This document shows, one piece after another, positions 27,859-40,787 of a stretch of DNA of 64,000 nucleotides. The stretch is from positions 14,818,001 through 14,882,000 of the forward strand of contig NC_045138.2 in the NCBI RefSeq assembly GCF_008831285.2, read 5' to 3'. The stretch's first letter is position 1; the number at the start of each line of letters is the position of its first letter. The notes below the pieces were generated by a model that saw nothing but the letters and a program-made list of their open reading frames with translations, had not been told where the DNA came from and searched no databases. The position numbers and the translations under genes were made by a program. This DNA comes from Nymphaea colorata. Its lineage: Eukaryota.

Positions 27859-29949
27859 CCTTAAAGTAGGAGACTCAGTCGTGTTTGTTTAATTTGCTGC
27901 ACTCGTTTTGACTCATGACACAATAAAGTCTTCGTTAATTTATTTAATGAACCTCCATCTAATCAAAGACGGGGTGACTACAGACTACGACACAAGAAGT
28001 CAAGTTCAAGTTCAACCAGGCTTTGTCTGACTTGACTCGTATAGATAAATCAAACCCTAATTACAGAGAGAGAGAGTTCAATCCCTGTTTGCTTTCAAAG
28101 CTGCCACCAGCCGAGCATAAATGGAACCATCCCGTGTTTGAGACCGGGGCGGACCCGGTCGAACCAGCAATGCTGGGACATGTTCCTAAATGTATTTTTG
28201 TGCTTATTGACGAGTAATTAGAGACTGAATTGGCGTGTTGTTTCAAGTTTCAAACATATGATCAATACATTGCATCTCATTTCACACCACCCAACACCAT
28301 AGAAGCAAACACAGAGTTAGGGATTTTTTTTTCTCCTTTTGGAGTCGTTGGGGCAGACAAGCTTCATTTAAGCAGTGGCCCACATGTTCCCCCCAAAGTT
28401 TTCCAAGATCTGATTTCCTCTCCCCACTTTGTGGGTCATTTTCTTTTCTGCCTTGGAATGTCAGAGGAGATAATCACCCCCTTCTTTGCCTTTGGCAAAA
28501 AGGGAGATGGGTAGGGACCGTATCGTCATTTCACCGAAGTCAAACACTCCGCCGGTCAATGTCATCCCAGAAAATCAGGACGATTCTGACCATCTTAAAT
28601 GTCACCCGTCGTCCTTTGACGAGGGAAGTTCCCTCATTTATTCCTTTCACTGTAGATATGGACAGCCACTCCCCCACATCAATAAACACTCCCTTCTCAG
28701 TTTCCTCGCTTCCTAACTTTCATGTCCTCCCCCCCGTATCTATGTTATATGTACATATCAAGACAGTTTGAACAGAAGAAAGAGTTGTACACTTTCTGAG
28801 TGGAATCCTGTTGATCTGATCTCAGTGTTGTCTTATTGGAGATCTGTTCTTTCGATTGGTTTAGCAGATGTTGTATGATTTTCTCAGAAACAAAATTCTG
28901 CACATCATGTAACTGCTGTAGGTTCAGCATCTAACATACGCGTATGTGAGTGAAACGGGAGAAGAAAAGTTAAGGCGATCGATGTTTTCTTCTAGGAGAT
29001 TAAGAACAGATCTTTAAGCTATAAAACTGCTTCTTTGCACAAGCGTGCTGCTCTTTTTGCTCTCTCTTCTCTTTCACTCTCTTTACACACACATATATAT
29101 ATATATAAAAGAGAGCACTTTTGGTTATCAGTTGCTGCTTTTTCCAACAGTTTGCTTCTCTCTCTCGTACAAGATACTAAACAATTAAGAACTCACCATC
29201 TTAATTTCTGAATTATGGGACATTAAATAGTCGACCACTTTCAGTGCCTTTCTGCGCGAGTACTTTGCCTTTCTCTGGCATTTAAAACATCATAAAAAAA
29301 AAATTGCAGGAAAAAAAAAGGACAAACATCTCCCCATGATCATGTGTAACTGTTGCAGAGAATTCCTTTTTTAATATGGAAGGAAGATATGGGAGGGGAA
29401 TTTAATATAACATAAGACACTTCTGCTCCGAGTCGGCCATTAAATCTGCGGGACCCTTCACTCACCTAATCTAAGGACACAACACTCCTTTTTCTTCACC
29501 CCCTGACTTGACTTTTTCTCAATTTGCTTCCCATTATTTCATCCCCCCCTTCCCCTCCTGCCTGCTCCTGGTCCCTTTCTAACGCTGCCTCCTCCACTCC
29601 TTTGTCACAAAAGCAGGTGAAAAACTCTGAGTGCTTGCCGCCTCTCTCTCATTTAATGTGCACAGAAAACCACCACCCCCCCCCCGTCTTGATCCCCCAC
29701 GCCTCTGAATCCAAGCACACTTCCATATCCCAGCATCTCTGTGCTTTTAAGGCTTGAGAGAGAAGTTATTCCAGAACATATAACCACCACCCTTCCTTTC
29801 TGCGATCTTTTTTCCCTTCTCCGTGCACTAAATATTTCTGCTCCTGCTCCTCCCTCTTTTGAATTCAACGTCGTCCTCTCTTCTCTTGCCATATTGCCGT
29901 TGCTGCTGATATTGCTGCCTCCCTTGCCGTCTTCAGTGCCTTTTGGGAA

Positions 29950-30165
29950 ATGGGCAACGACAAGAATGCAATTCTGCTGGTTTTGTTATTGGGTTTCTTG
30001 GTCTGCTGCCATGGTTCAAGACCAATGCAGTCGTTTTCTGCAAAACCCAAGTCAGGAAGAGTCGGTTCCTTCCTCGGGTACCTGCCCAAAGCAACTCCAA
30101 TCCCTCCCTCTGGTCCTTCGAGACAGCACAATGGTGTGGGGTTGCAGAGCAGGAGTTCTCCTTGA
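29950..30165 (+). CDS. IDL: INFLORESCENCE DEFICIENT IN ABSCISSION-like (IDA/IDL) secreted peptide precursor, 71 aa
   Basis: Hydrophobic signal peptide (AILLVLLLGFLVCCHG-SR), a variable region, then the extended PIP motif FLGYLPKATPIPPSGPSRQHN, matching the IDA-type FGYLPKGVPIPPSAPSKRHN. Single exon. Confidence 0.92.
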   Translation: MGNDKNAILLVLLLGFLVCCHGSRPMQSFSAKPKSGRVGSFLGYLPKATPIPPSGPSRQHNGVGLQSRSSP

Positions 30166-32066
30166 AGGAAGACCAAAAGAGCAGCCAGAGCGCCGAGGTC
30201 GTCGTGTTCCTTTTATTGGTTTTTGTTTTTGTGGGTGCTGGGAGAGGAGCTCATGGATTGGCTTCGTGATGAAGAAGAGATCAATTAACAGCGTCCGAAG
30301 GAGTTGCGGTGACTGAAACTTCATCCACTGTATATAGATTTTTCTTGGGTTATTATGTGTTCTTTATTCTATTTTCTTTTCTATCATGATTAGGAATAGG
30401 AATTTTGAGTATCAGACTGACCAAAAGATATGTTTTGGGATGGGGGCGAGATTCTCGAGTTGCCATGACCTTTTTCTCTGCAGTTCACTAAAGAATGGCA
30501 GTGTGAAAGCCTTCTGATGTGAGGGAAAAGGGTGATGAACTTGTTTTTGCATCTCTGATGTAAAACTCTCTAGCACCAAGCAATAACGTTGGTGCTGCTG
30601 TTGATTACATATTTTTCTTTCTTGTACAATGTAAAATTATAAGTCAAGAGAAATATCCATATTTTCATGGTCTGAAGATTCTGTTTCTGGGTTTCGTCGC
30701 TCTATATGGAGCATAACTTGTTTGATTTGTTCAGTGTTCCTTGAGATCTTCTGATTGAAGATGACAATGCAGAGCCTCCTTGGCTGTTTCCGGGGTGATT
30801 CCTTTCATTTGCTTTATCAAGCAACATGATGGCCTGAATGTCTCCCTTTCTTCACTCCTCTGATGCAAGATCACTGTGCATGAATACCAATTCCAATACT
30901 TTTGGTTCAAAAGAAAAAAGGGATGCAAATTCACAGCATATATAATTATATTATATTCGTGGTTTAAAATGCACCTAACATTAGCGATTATGATTCATTA
31001 GCCCACAGCTCTTATTTCCTTCATATGAGGAGAATGTGCTCTCCTTATTCCTTTTGCTTTTCCTTTCTCTTCGTGGACAATGATATTGCTTGGCAAATTA
31101 AAGATCAAGAGAATTCTTTGCGCTTGGTTTTTCTTGGATCTAACTAAGCATTACTGATAATGGAATTTGCGAAGTAAGAATCTTTTTTATCCTTGGTATC
31201 TCGATTTCTTGTCCTACCGAGGCGCCTATGAGACAGCATTCATTCCTTAATTAAGAGGGGGAATGTGATCCGCTTATTCCATTTTCTTTTTTATATTGTT
31301 CCTTTATTGAATATTATTATGTTAATGGTTTACCAAATTAAAAGTATGATGCTTCTTGGCCTGTAGCTTCCCCATATTGTCTAAGACATGCTTGAACATG
31401 TTTTAATTAATTTTTTACTTTATACTATATTGAATATGGCGCGCCTTAAATTACATTTACTGTTCTTACTTGTGTTCTCAACAAATTAAAAAAATGAGAA
31501 ACTTCGTGATCCTTGGCATCCCCTAAAGTTTTGTAATCGCTTAACACCTCTCCTTTTGCTTAGAATCTTGCGGCATCTGTTACACTAATTAAAGCCTTGA
31601 TTGAGATTGTGAATCATGGAATCCGTCGGAAAATGAAGACCGGTCATTTTCTGCAACTAAGTCCATAAATTAGTGGCGTTCTTCAGGTTTCAGTGTGACT
31701 TCCCGCACGCACTCCAGGTGAAAGACCAGTGATTTTACTTGATTTAGTTACATATAGATAGATTGAAGATACTTTTCTTATTTTAAATCATGCCTCGGAT
31801 CATACTTTCTTGAAAATAGAAATGATATATAACAGTTGACCTGAGAAATTTTGACGTATTATGAATCTGCGATGCACTGTTTTTTTTTTTTTTTTGATCT
31901 TGTCCTTTTATACATTAAAATGGTGATCTTCAAATGTTCTTGTTTGTGGAATAAGTTCTTCATAGCTCATATCCAACAAATTGTTTCGAATATTTAGTCA
32001 CCATCGTGAAATGAATTTAAGACAAAATTACAAAAGCACAAAAGGCTTTGGTTGCACCAATCACTC

Positions 32067-32068
<2 letters not shown>

Positions 32069-32148
<80 letters not shown>
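32069..32148. repeat. Compound (TA)n(GA)n microsatellite
   Basis: Directly visible. Confidence 0.95.
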
Positions 32149-32149
<1 letters not shown>

Positions 32150-32996
32150 ACTCAACAATCCAATTGGTTGGCTAAATAATTGTTTATCGAGGTCTGGCTT
32201 CTCTCTCTTCATTTGGTGGATGCATACACACATGTACACACGGTCACAGATACACCCAAAATGGTGTTCCTTTTCTGTGTGTGTGTGAGGGAGAGAGAGA
32301 GAGATTAACTGAATAATATCTTCATTGTTTTTTCTGTAAAATTGATCAGTCAATGAAGTAATCGAATGGCCAAATAATTTATTGAATATGGTCAACGCAA
32401 ATCGAGATTTTTTTACTCAGATCATCTTAGGGAAGATAAAATAAATTCACACTTCAAATTGCATCAAGATTGGACATGAGTAAAAAAAAAAAAAATTCAT
32501 CACTTTATTTAAAAGATATTCTCTCAGAAAAAAATTATACCAAGAAAAATACTTTCAATCTATTTTTATGTCAAATCAAGTGAAATTGTTCTCTTATAGC
32601 CTGGGCAAACCAGTTAAACTAAAACTTGGGAAAGAACATTCAATGTATACATGGAGTTGGATTTGCATGATCATGAAAAAATGAAAAGGGCATGCAAATG
32701 AAGCTTGAAGACGGAAGGTTCAATCTGCGCAAGCCTGGTCATGGAGCTAACATCGGGTTAACTATTTTGAGTTGAACCACACTCAGTGATCCCAAACGCT
32801 TTTGGTGATTCTGAATGGACATGATTTGACCTCTCTCTCTCTCTCTTTCTCTCTCTCCCGTACGTAAGAAGTAAAATATAAAGGATCGTGCTGGTTTTTG
32901 CTGGCCTACAATTTTGTGTTTGATAAGGACATGTTACCAGTGCATGTAACGTTAAATGTATGTGAAAAATAAGAAAATATGTAGGTAATATGTAGA

Positions 32997-33034
<38 letters not shown>

Positions 33035-33809
33035 TCTTGTATGATTTAATATTGTGCACCAAATAGATATAGTACCTAAGTAGTTATTTGGTACCGTTAG
33101 CAGGTTCAATGATTACCTTTAATGCAGCATAGGATTCAAAATTTTTTGTCAACAATAAATATCTACTCTAACGCGATGGACCAGCTCCGATCGATTTTAG
33201 GTGGGTCAGCTCATCCATGTTTTTAAATTCATATTCGTTTCCGCATTTTGTAAGATTATCTTCATATTTAGCAGCCTCGAAATCAACAGCAAGTCATGCA
33301 CGTTTGTTGAGTGTATGTAAAATTGGATAAGAGTTCAAAAAAGAATATCCTGTACACTCTTGACTTGTTCAGAAACGCGATCTTCGTGTCAGTCCCTGAA
33401 TTTTCAAACAAGAAGATCACATCGGTATAGTTAATGTCATAAAAAATTGCTTAAATTCGGTGAATATATGAATTCAAATTGAGCGGAAATAATTAATGAG
33501 AACTATGTGAATTGATTTAATAAGTTGTCAGATCGACTTCATTGATGGTTCATAAATGACATACATTGTGTCCATGTAGTCTTAACGTTATTCATTTCAC
33601 TTATTTTATGGACCTTTTAGGTGTATAAATAAAATTAGATAATTATTCTATTTACTAACTTTTGCTTGAATAGGAGGAATATTTTATTCTACTAGCCAAA
33701 ACCTCACTCTCTCATATAGAAAAGGTATTAAGTTTGTTTTTAGTGCTTTAGGGTGTCGTTCTCAATACACTTCCAACTTGCATATTGATGAACCACCTTT
33801 CCCATAGCG

Positions 33810-33962
33810 GTGAGCCCGAGTTCAGTCAGCTCGAGCTCGGCTTGACTAATGAAACCTCGAGGTCGACTCGGCTCAAGTTCGAGAATAGCTCGGTGGAAGC
33901 AGTTCGAGCTCGACCCAACAGTTACATGTTGAGCTCGAGCTCAACAAGACTCGACTCGGCAA
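33810..33962. mobile_element. Degenerate non-autonomous DNA-transposon fragment rich in GAGCTCG/CTCGA motifs
   Basis: Clustered AGCTCGAGCTCGG, GACTCGGCTC, CGAGCTCGAC and GAGCTCGAGCTC motifs, typical of subterminal repeats of plant hAT-derived elements. A related patch lies at ~34400-34450. No TIR or TSD resolved. Confidence 0.45.
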
Positions 33963-36900
33963 GTACATGTTTCTACTTACTCAATTCACATATTTTAACG
34001 GCATGCAAATTTGCATGCATGCAATGCAGTATGTGATTAAATTTCAGGTTTTGGGAATAGAAGGGAAAAGGTGTGATGCAGAGGCATGTAGGCATGTAGA
34101 AGACAAACAAATAAAGAAAAAACAGACGAGTTGGAAGAGAGGGGGGTGGGCATTAAACCAGGGCCGCATTAATGCCGCCCATTTTGTCCAAACTTGAGAG
34201 GGGGCAAGGCAAACGGCCTCCCCCACCCAACTCTTGTCGGCAGCAGGAATATCTATTCAATGCCATATACTTTCAGTCATCTCTCGGATTTATTTTCAAC
34301 AATTGTAATGTCGCATATGACCTTTTCAATATCTGTATATTTCATGTCAAACCCTGGTCACCATTATCGATCGGCTTGGTGGCCTAGTGCGACCTTGCCT
34401 GGTCCAGCTGGGTCCGAGCTCGGTCCGGTCAAGTTCAGAGCTTAGCTGGACCATGTTCTTGTATGTAGATGTGCACTTCCACTTCCACTTCACCAAGCCA
34501 AGCTAGGTTCGCCGATGAAAGGGTTGGTTGGGTTCAGATATATATGAGTCCAGATGGGTTGCTGTATGTAAATTCATAAGTTATCTACAGTTATGAAATT
34601 TCAGTGTTGGTATGTTAAATTAGAATGGATCTGATTTTGGGACATTATTAGGTACCGTTACATATTGCATCTGCCTAATTAGGAAAAATGATCATAGGTA
34701 GGTAAGGTCATGCATGCCATAAAACTTGATCACTTGAGAGGATCAAATGTTTATGCGTATAAAAGACTACTCATTATTCTTTGTTTTTCTTTATATTTAA
34801 GGGTGAGTGGTTTATTCCACAGTCACTAAGAGAAGCCACAGCCGCTTTGCTTCACAGAGCTTTTTTTCAGGCCCATATGATAAAAGAAAAAAAAGTGCAC
34901 TCCATGACAGCGCCTGTATCAAGATTTGAACCCAAATCCTTTTAAAAGTGCCTCGCCTTGCGCATCTACAACCCCAGGTTGAGATACTGTACCCATCACT
35001 CTTAATTTTCTTTTTTTTAAAAAAAATAAGAAAAATAAGGTGTCAAGCTTCACATTAGAGTGAAGTTTATCATTCTTGGTAGCTAGTTAGTGAATGGTAT
35101 CAATGAGGAAGCCAACGGGAAGGAAGAAAGGAAAAAGGACCAGGGGCATAATGGTATTTTCATCTAAACAATATATTATCACTATGCATTGAAAATTGAT
35201 GCGTCAAAAATCATATTCATGAGTTTATTTTTTTAAAAAAGAAAAAGTTATTAGAAGCGTGATTTATAAATAAAAAACACTGGAATTTTTAATTTATATT
35301 TATAATTAAAAACTAACAATGTCATCAACGGCACATCAAAACTTAGGGAACACCATTCATTCTTTTGCGCTGTTGGTTGGCCATGGATGGCCGTGTATGA
35401 GGGAATCATAAAAAAAAGACAAACATAGTTCTCAGACATGGAATCATGATCTCAGGAAGGTGCTATGCCAAAGTTCTCTGTCCCTTGGGAAGCCGCAGAG
35501 AATGGGGTGCCCAATTTTTGTTATTTTCTTTAATTTTGGTAGTAATTAATTCAATGAAAATGGAGGAAATGTCCAGCCTGTTTTCTGCTAAGAATCACTG
35601 AAAAAGAATGGCTGAGTGGATTTCTTTTCTTTCAGTCTGTACAGGCGTCCTCCTTCTTCCCCTTTGTCCACCTACTTCTGCCAAATTGTAAGCTACCAAG
35701 GTTGTCTTATCAGTAGTCAAGAAATTATTAAAAAGAAAAAAGCCACTTTGTTTTTTTGTTGGTAACACACAGACATGGTTTTTGTCTTAATGCATTTAAG
35801 CGCCCCATGAACAGTTCAAAAATCGAGCATATTTTTATAAAATTTTTGAAGCATCTCTACTGGAAATTAATATAGCGCTTCGATCGCAATGTTGCCCTAA
35901 AATTCAAAAATTAAAACTTCAGTGTAGAGTTTCCTGAAAGCATTGAGAGTGTTGTTTCCTTAAAACTTGCACAAAAAAAAATAGGCCTTGACAAAAGTTT
36001 TTAATTTATTTGCTTCTATTCACAAGGCTCTCTAGTAGTTATTGTTTTAACACTCGCAGATGTTTATTTTATCTTTTTCTTAATTTCTACGTCGTTTAGA
36101 ATCTCTTTCTGCACATATATATTATGCGCGTATAAAGTCACAAAAAACATTTGTAGGGTACACTCGGTGAAAGGCAAAAATACCGTAATTTTTTTTAAAA
36201 GGTCCACAAAAATAGAAAAAAATAAAATAAATGCAGAAAACCAGTAGCACAAACTTCACAAAATAAGTAATTGAGCCAAATATATAAATTTAAAAAAATG
36301 AAAACAACCCGTTTGACATTAAAAACAGGGGAAAAAATGCCTAAAAGGAAAAAATGTAAAAAACAAACGTGTTTTTTTTTGTTTTTGCCTCTTTTTTTTT
36401 TTTTTTCAAAAAACGGGTTTTCTTAAAGTTTGAAGCAACTGACTTATTTAAACACACACACACTATTATGACTACCAACATGAGTTTTCTGAAAATTCCG
36501 ATAAAAAATATGGAAATTTATCAGCTGCCCAATCAAATTTGACTCATACAGGGGTAGTGATCGCGGTATGTTTTGTTAAAACCAATCCCTTTTATGTATA
36601 TGCACGTATGTATGTGCGGGTGCGTGCTTTCATGGTGAGACAGGAAAGTAGAAAGGAAGAAAGGTGCTCGAGTGTAGAACATTAATTTGCTTCGTTGTTG
36701 ATTTATACTGCTGAGGAACTTGAAGACAGAAAGCAAGAAAAGATGCTCGAGCATTGAACGTTTGTCACACCGATGGCTTGTATTGCTTTTCTCCTTTCCA
36801 GTCAAACTGCTCTTTTTGAACAACTAAAACCTTCGTTACAGGAACCATGAATGAAGAAGGTACTCGATCCCTTATGATCCTTGTGGTTGGACAGGCATGC

Positions 36901-38312
36901 ATTCGAAGCCTCCTCCTCCTCTCTTTCTCCTTAAGGAATATCATGTACTACTACTACTTGATTCACGCCTAGCCGATAAAGGATGGTCAAGGGAGGCCAA
37001 AAAGAGATGATCCATCGATTATTAGAGCCGCAGCATCCCCTTGCTTCTACGACAATTAATATCGAGATATAATTAAAGAACCGGAGGTGTACAGTTGAAG
37101 AATTAAAAGAATCATTATATGTGTATATGCTCTTTTTCCTTTTCTCTTTCTTCAGTCGTGTTTGCAAACACGGGTTTTAGGAGACAGCAGGAGCGGATTG
37201 CATGTGAGTTTGAAAGCTTAATTTCGTCTGTTCTATGTGCCAGTTGAGATGGAGAAGCAGAGAGGGTTTGGTATGGACGTACAGAAATGCTTCTGTCGTG
37301 GGAATGCAAGCTAAGCAGTGGTGAGCTGCCGCCCTGCTGTTGCACACTAGCTAGCCTCGACAAGGTGGGAATTTAGGTACTGCCTAACGTCCAGTTAGCT
37401 GCTTCTCTCCAAAGCACTTAGGCAGATATCCTACCTAAGCTTACTACAATATCTGTCTATGTGTGTGTGTGTGCTTGCACGCGTATGTGTTTATGTGCGT
37501 GCAGAACCAACAAGTCTAGTATCTATATATGTGCATTTGGTTGCATGTGCATGTGAAAAGGTCATCTGTCTAAGGCTCAATTAATATGGGTTTACATTTA
37601 CACAATTTAAGTTTTAGGTTAGCCGAAGGCTTAAACTAATATATCTTGGAAGTTTGTCTTCCATCAACTTTAACAATTATGCCTATTGAGTTTGTCTTTC
37701 TTTTCATTTAAATATACATTGTTATAAGTTCAATATAAAATAAACTACATAACCGTGAGGTATTTTCTTATAAGTCAAACACTCACTCTCTCTCTCTCTC
37801 TCTCTAAGAGAAGAGTTCTATTAAATATATATGTTCAGATTTTAACAGTAGATGCATCGATCAAGTTTTATTTAGCAAAACACCCTTATAGTATTTTATG
37901 TGGTTTTGACGCATATACGTCTTTTCGAGGTGCAGGTTTTGGCTTAACTTAAGCTCGACGATAAAAAGTTCGGACTTTTCAAATAAATTAATCTGTTTGA
38001 TGGGATGTTAATAATAAATAAACAAATATTACAAAACACACACATATAATATATATATATATATATTCGGAGTTGGATTATGACAGAAACTATATTGTTC
38101 TTTGCTGGGCCCGAACAATATGGAACATGATCAAGAGCGGCGTGAACCACTTCTCTTATAATAAACTGTTGCCTTTGACACTTTTTTAACGATCGTGCCC
38201 TTTAAAACATCGCATGAGATCTCTTCCTTTGTGTCAAAAGCTCATATCCGGTTTTTGTTCTTGTTGACAGCCCTTGTGAGCGAATAGGGTGACTTTAAAG
38301 AGTCATCGTTCA

Positions 38313-38315
<3 letters not shown>

Positions 38316-38384
<69 letters not shown>
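38316..38384. repeat. (TA)n microsatellite
   Basis: Directly visible. Confidence 0.95.
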
Positions 38385-38388
<4 letters not shown>

Positions 38389-38458
38389 GAGTTTGAGGCC
38401 AGCCATCCAATGAGACAGAGAGTGCAAGAGCGAGAGATCATGTTATGGATACAACAAT

Positions 38459-40787
38459 TTAAAATAAAATAAATAGAAATGGAAGGACAGCGGTTGGCAA
38501 CAGCTGAACAAAGAAGGAATCCGATGTTTCGCTGTCATCACAAGAAGAAGAAGAAGAAGAAGAAGAAGAAGAAGAATTTGGAGAAGACGACGGTGAAGGA
38601 TGAGCACCGGCCTGCCAACCCAAGAGAAAGGAACAAAAGGGAAACCGCGTGAGGCTATATATATATATATATATAAACATATATACGGACATCCATCTCC
38701 CTAGTAACGTTGGGTGGCGGATGACGATACAACAGTTCAAACCGAACACGCTTCTTGTACATCTGCGGTTCTGCCTCCTACTCCTCCACCGCTACGTTGC
38801 AAACGTGATCCCTGAAAGGAAAAGCAGATCAGGAACGAACCTAAACAGGACCATGCCACAATGTTATTAAGAGTAAGGACGGAGGATGTCGTATCCTTCT
38901 GAAAGTATGTTGGAAAATTGCCAAAATTTCGGGGTCTCATGAACAGGTGCTTGTAGTTAGTACCTAAATGCTTGGTTTTAAATGATTAATTGGTGGTGAA
39001 AACTCTCCTCGTGCATGCTTCAAGCAAGAGACCCACGACCAATGTTGAAATCCATGAACCAGAAATCCCAGGATCTCAAGTCACCTTGCATCTGAGATCG
39101 GAACCTCGTGCATGTAATGTTGCGAACACGGCGAAGAAGAAAGACAGGATACTAGGATATGAAACGAACCAAGGAGTTGCAAGGAAAAAAAAAAATGGAA
39201 GTCTACAAATTAATGCAAGATTGACTTCTACAATGTATGATACCAGTTTTATATATCATCGAGTTCTAATGTTAGGAAACTTAATGCGTCGCAGATGTGA
39301 TCCTGATGAGTCACATTATTCAGAAGTTCTTTTACTTTTAATTCGTGGGGTTGCATCGAATTGAAGCTAAGTGAAGTCCTTGTCGCGTCGAATCAACAGC
39401 AGACAAAGCATTAATTTTGGACTCAAAAGATGGTACCGTTTTCTACGAGGGCCATGTCCTCAATTAATCCACTCGTTCCTGTAGTCATCGCCGACTCTCA
39501 AGAAGGCACCATAATGACTGTGTGATCAGAATCCGCCCGATGCGGTCTAAATCGGCCTCATTGAATAGAGTTGGCGGTAAAGCAGCTCAATTTCGTGGCC
39601 GACTCCAGGGTGCCACGTGTCATATTTCAGCTACTTTTTATTATAATTATTTTTTTTATTTTAGTAGTTTTCATATATTTTTTTCAATTATTTTTTTAAA
39701 AGATATTATTTTTTGTCATATTTTTAAGCGTGAATCGATTTTAGCGGAATCCAATACAGTTGAGTTACTTTTGGTGTGTTTGATAGCCTTTAAACTCATA
39801 TTTCTACCCATAGTGTAAACAAACATAAGATTTTAGAGGATTTGAGATGTTTAGTTTATGGCAACAACCTCGGAATGAGAGGGGGTCTGACCCTAAGGTG
39901 GATCTGAGATCCGCAAAAATCAACCCCGACCTTATTTCCTTGCATTAAAAAAATGTATGATTTAAGATCGAATGAGGGAAAGCCTACCCATAAATCAACG
40001 ATTCTCAAATATTATTCATGAGAATCTTAAGTCCGAAGTTATCAAACACCCTCTAAATTTATGGATTTGAGATTTCCAAAGATCTCAAAATCAATGGATC
40101 TCAATTCGGAGGCCATCATCAATCACCCCCGTAATTCTTAATTAAAACTATGGGCTAAAAAGCGAAGATAAAAAAATAAAAAAGTTATTTCTTGAAAATG
40201 GTTGAGATTTTCACCTCAGACTTTTTCTCTCGGCTATTGTCGTGTGCATCAATTGTATGTTGCTAAGAGCTGCATATGAGGTGTTGTTAATGTGAAGGGC
40301 AAGCAGCTCAGGCTCACTGTGTGAGCTTTGTAATTTTCTAAACGAATATCTTGCTCTTACTATTATTAGTTTTTATCTAGTGATCGCTTTGTGAGCTTGT
40401 TTTATTTGGTTATTGTTTGAGACGTTCGTATTCGATTAGGTGGATCACTCATCACTGCCAAGTTTACTGAAATTATTTGAGATTCTGAAACCCTATTTGT
40501 TTTTCCTTTCACTAAAATGTTTAGATATTAAAGCCTCAATTGGATTTGGATAACAGATCGATCTTCTTATCATTAATAAGATGCAACTCATAAAAGCATG
40601 CGGAGAATTCACATGAAACCAACGAATAATCGGTTAACTTTTTATTTAACGATTCTTCCTTCATTGGATTACCAGAAACGGGAAGCAGGGAAATGGATGC
40701 AGGCGGTTTCCTTACCAACAATAGAGGAAGGCAGCAGCAGAAAACCAAGAGGAGCAAAGCAAACAACAGTCTTCTCCTCCAATTCAT
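38459..40787 (-). CDS. Candidate small secreted, probably GPI-anchored Ser/Gly-rich protein (3 exons, ~97 aa), function unknown
   Basis: Exons 40787-40716 (MNWRRRLLFALLLLVFCCCLPLLL|GTAAGG), 38811-38743 (TTTCCTTTCAG|GSRLQRSGGGVGGRTADVQEACS|GTTTGA) and 38611-38459 (TTGGCAG|AGAHPSPSSSPN(S)nCDDSETSDSFFVQLLPTAVLPFLFILF*). Both introns are GT-AG and phase 0, with no internal stops. An in-frame upstream ATG lies at 40826. Confidence 0.55.
39771..40130. mobile_element. Possible Tourist/PIF-Harbinger-like MITE, degenerate
   Basis: Left end GGTGTGTTTGATAGCC; right-side CAAACACCC (40024) and CAATCACCCCC (~40120); internal GGATTTGAGAT / GATCTCAAA inverted motifs. TSD not resolved. Confidence 0.35.

Noticed and set aside
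29741..30324. 191-, 108-, 103- and 90-aa ORFs around the IDL gene
   Set aside because: All four start at non-ATG codons, show no recognisable domains, and overlap a clearly conserved 71-aa peptide gene.
31994..32395. ORFs containing IYIYIY or VCVC runs (also at 20914, 32906, 38242, 45338)
   Set aside because: Stop-free translation of dinucleotide microsatellites.
36931..37363. Minus-strand ORFs with KSIYTYN / EHIHI, considered as phytosulfokine or other peptide precursors
   Set aside because: No YIYTQ, CLE or RGF motif, no signal peptide, and non-ATG starts.
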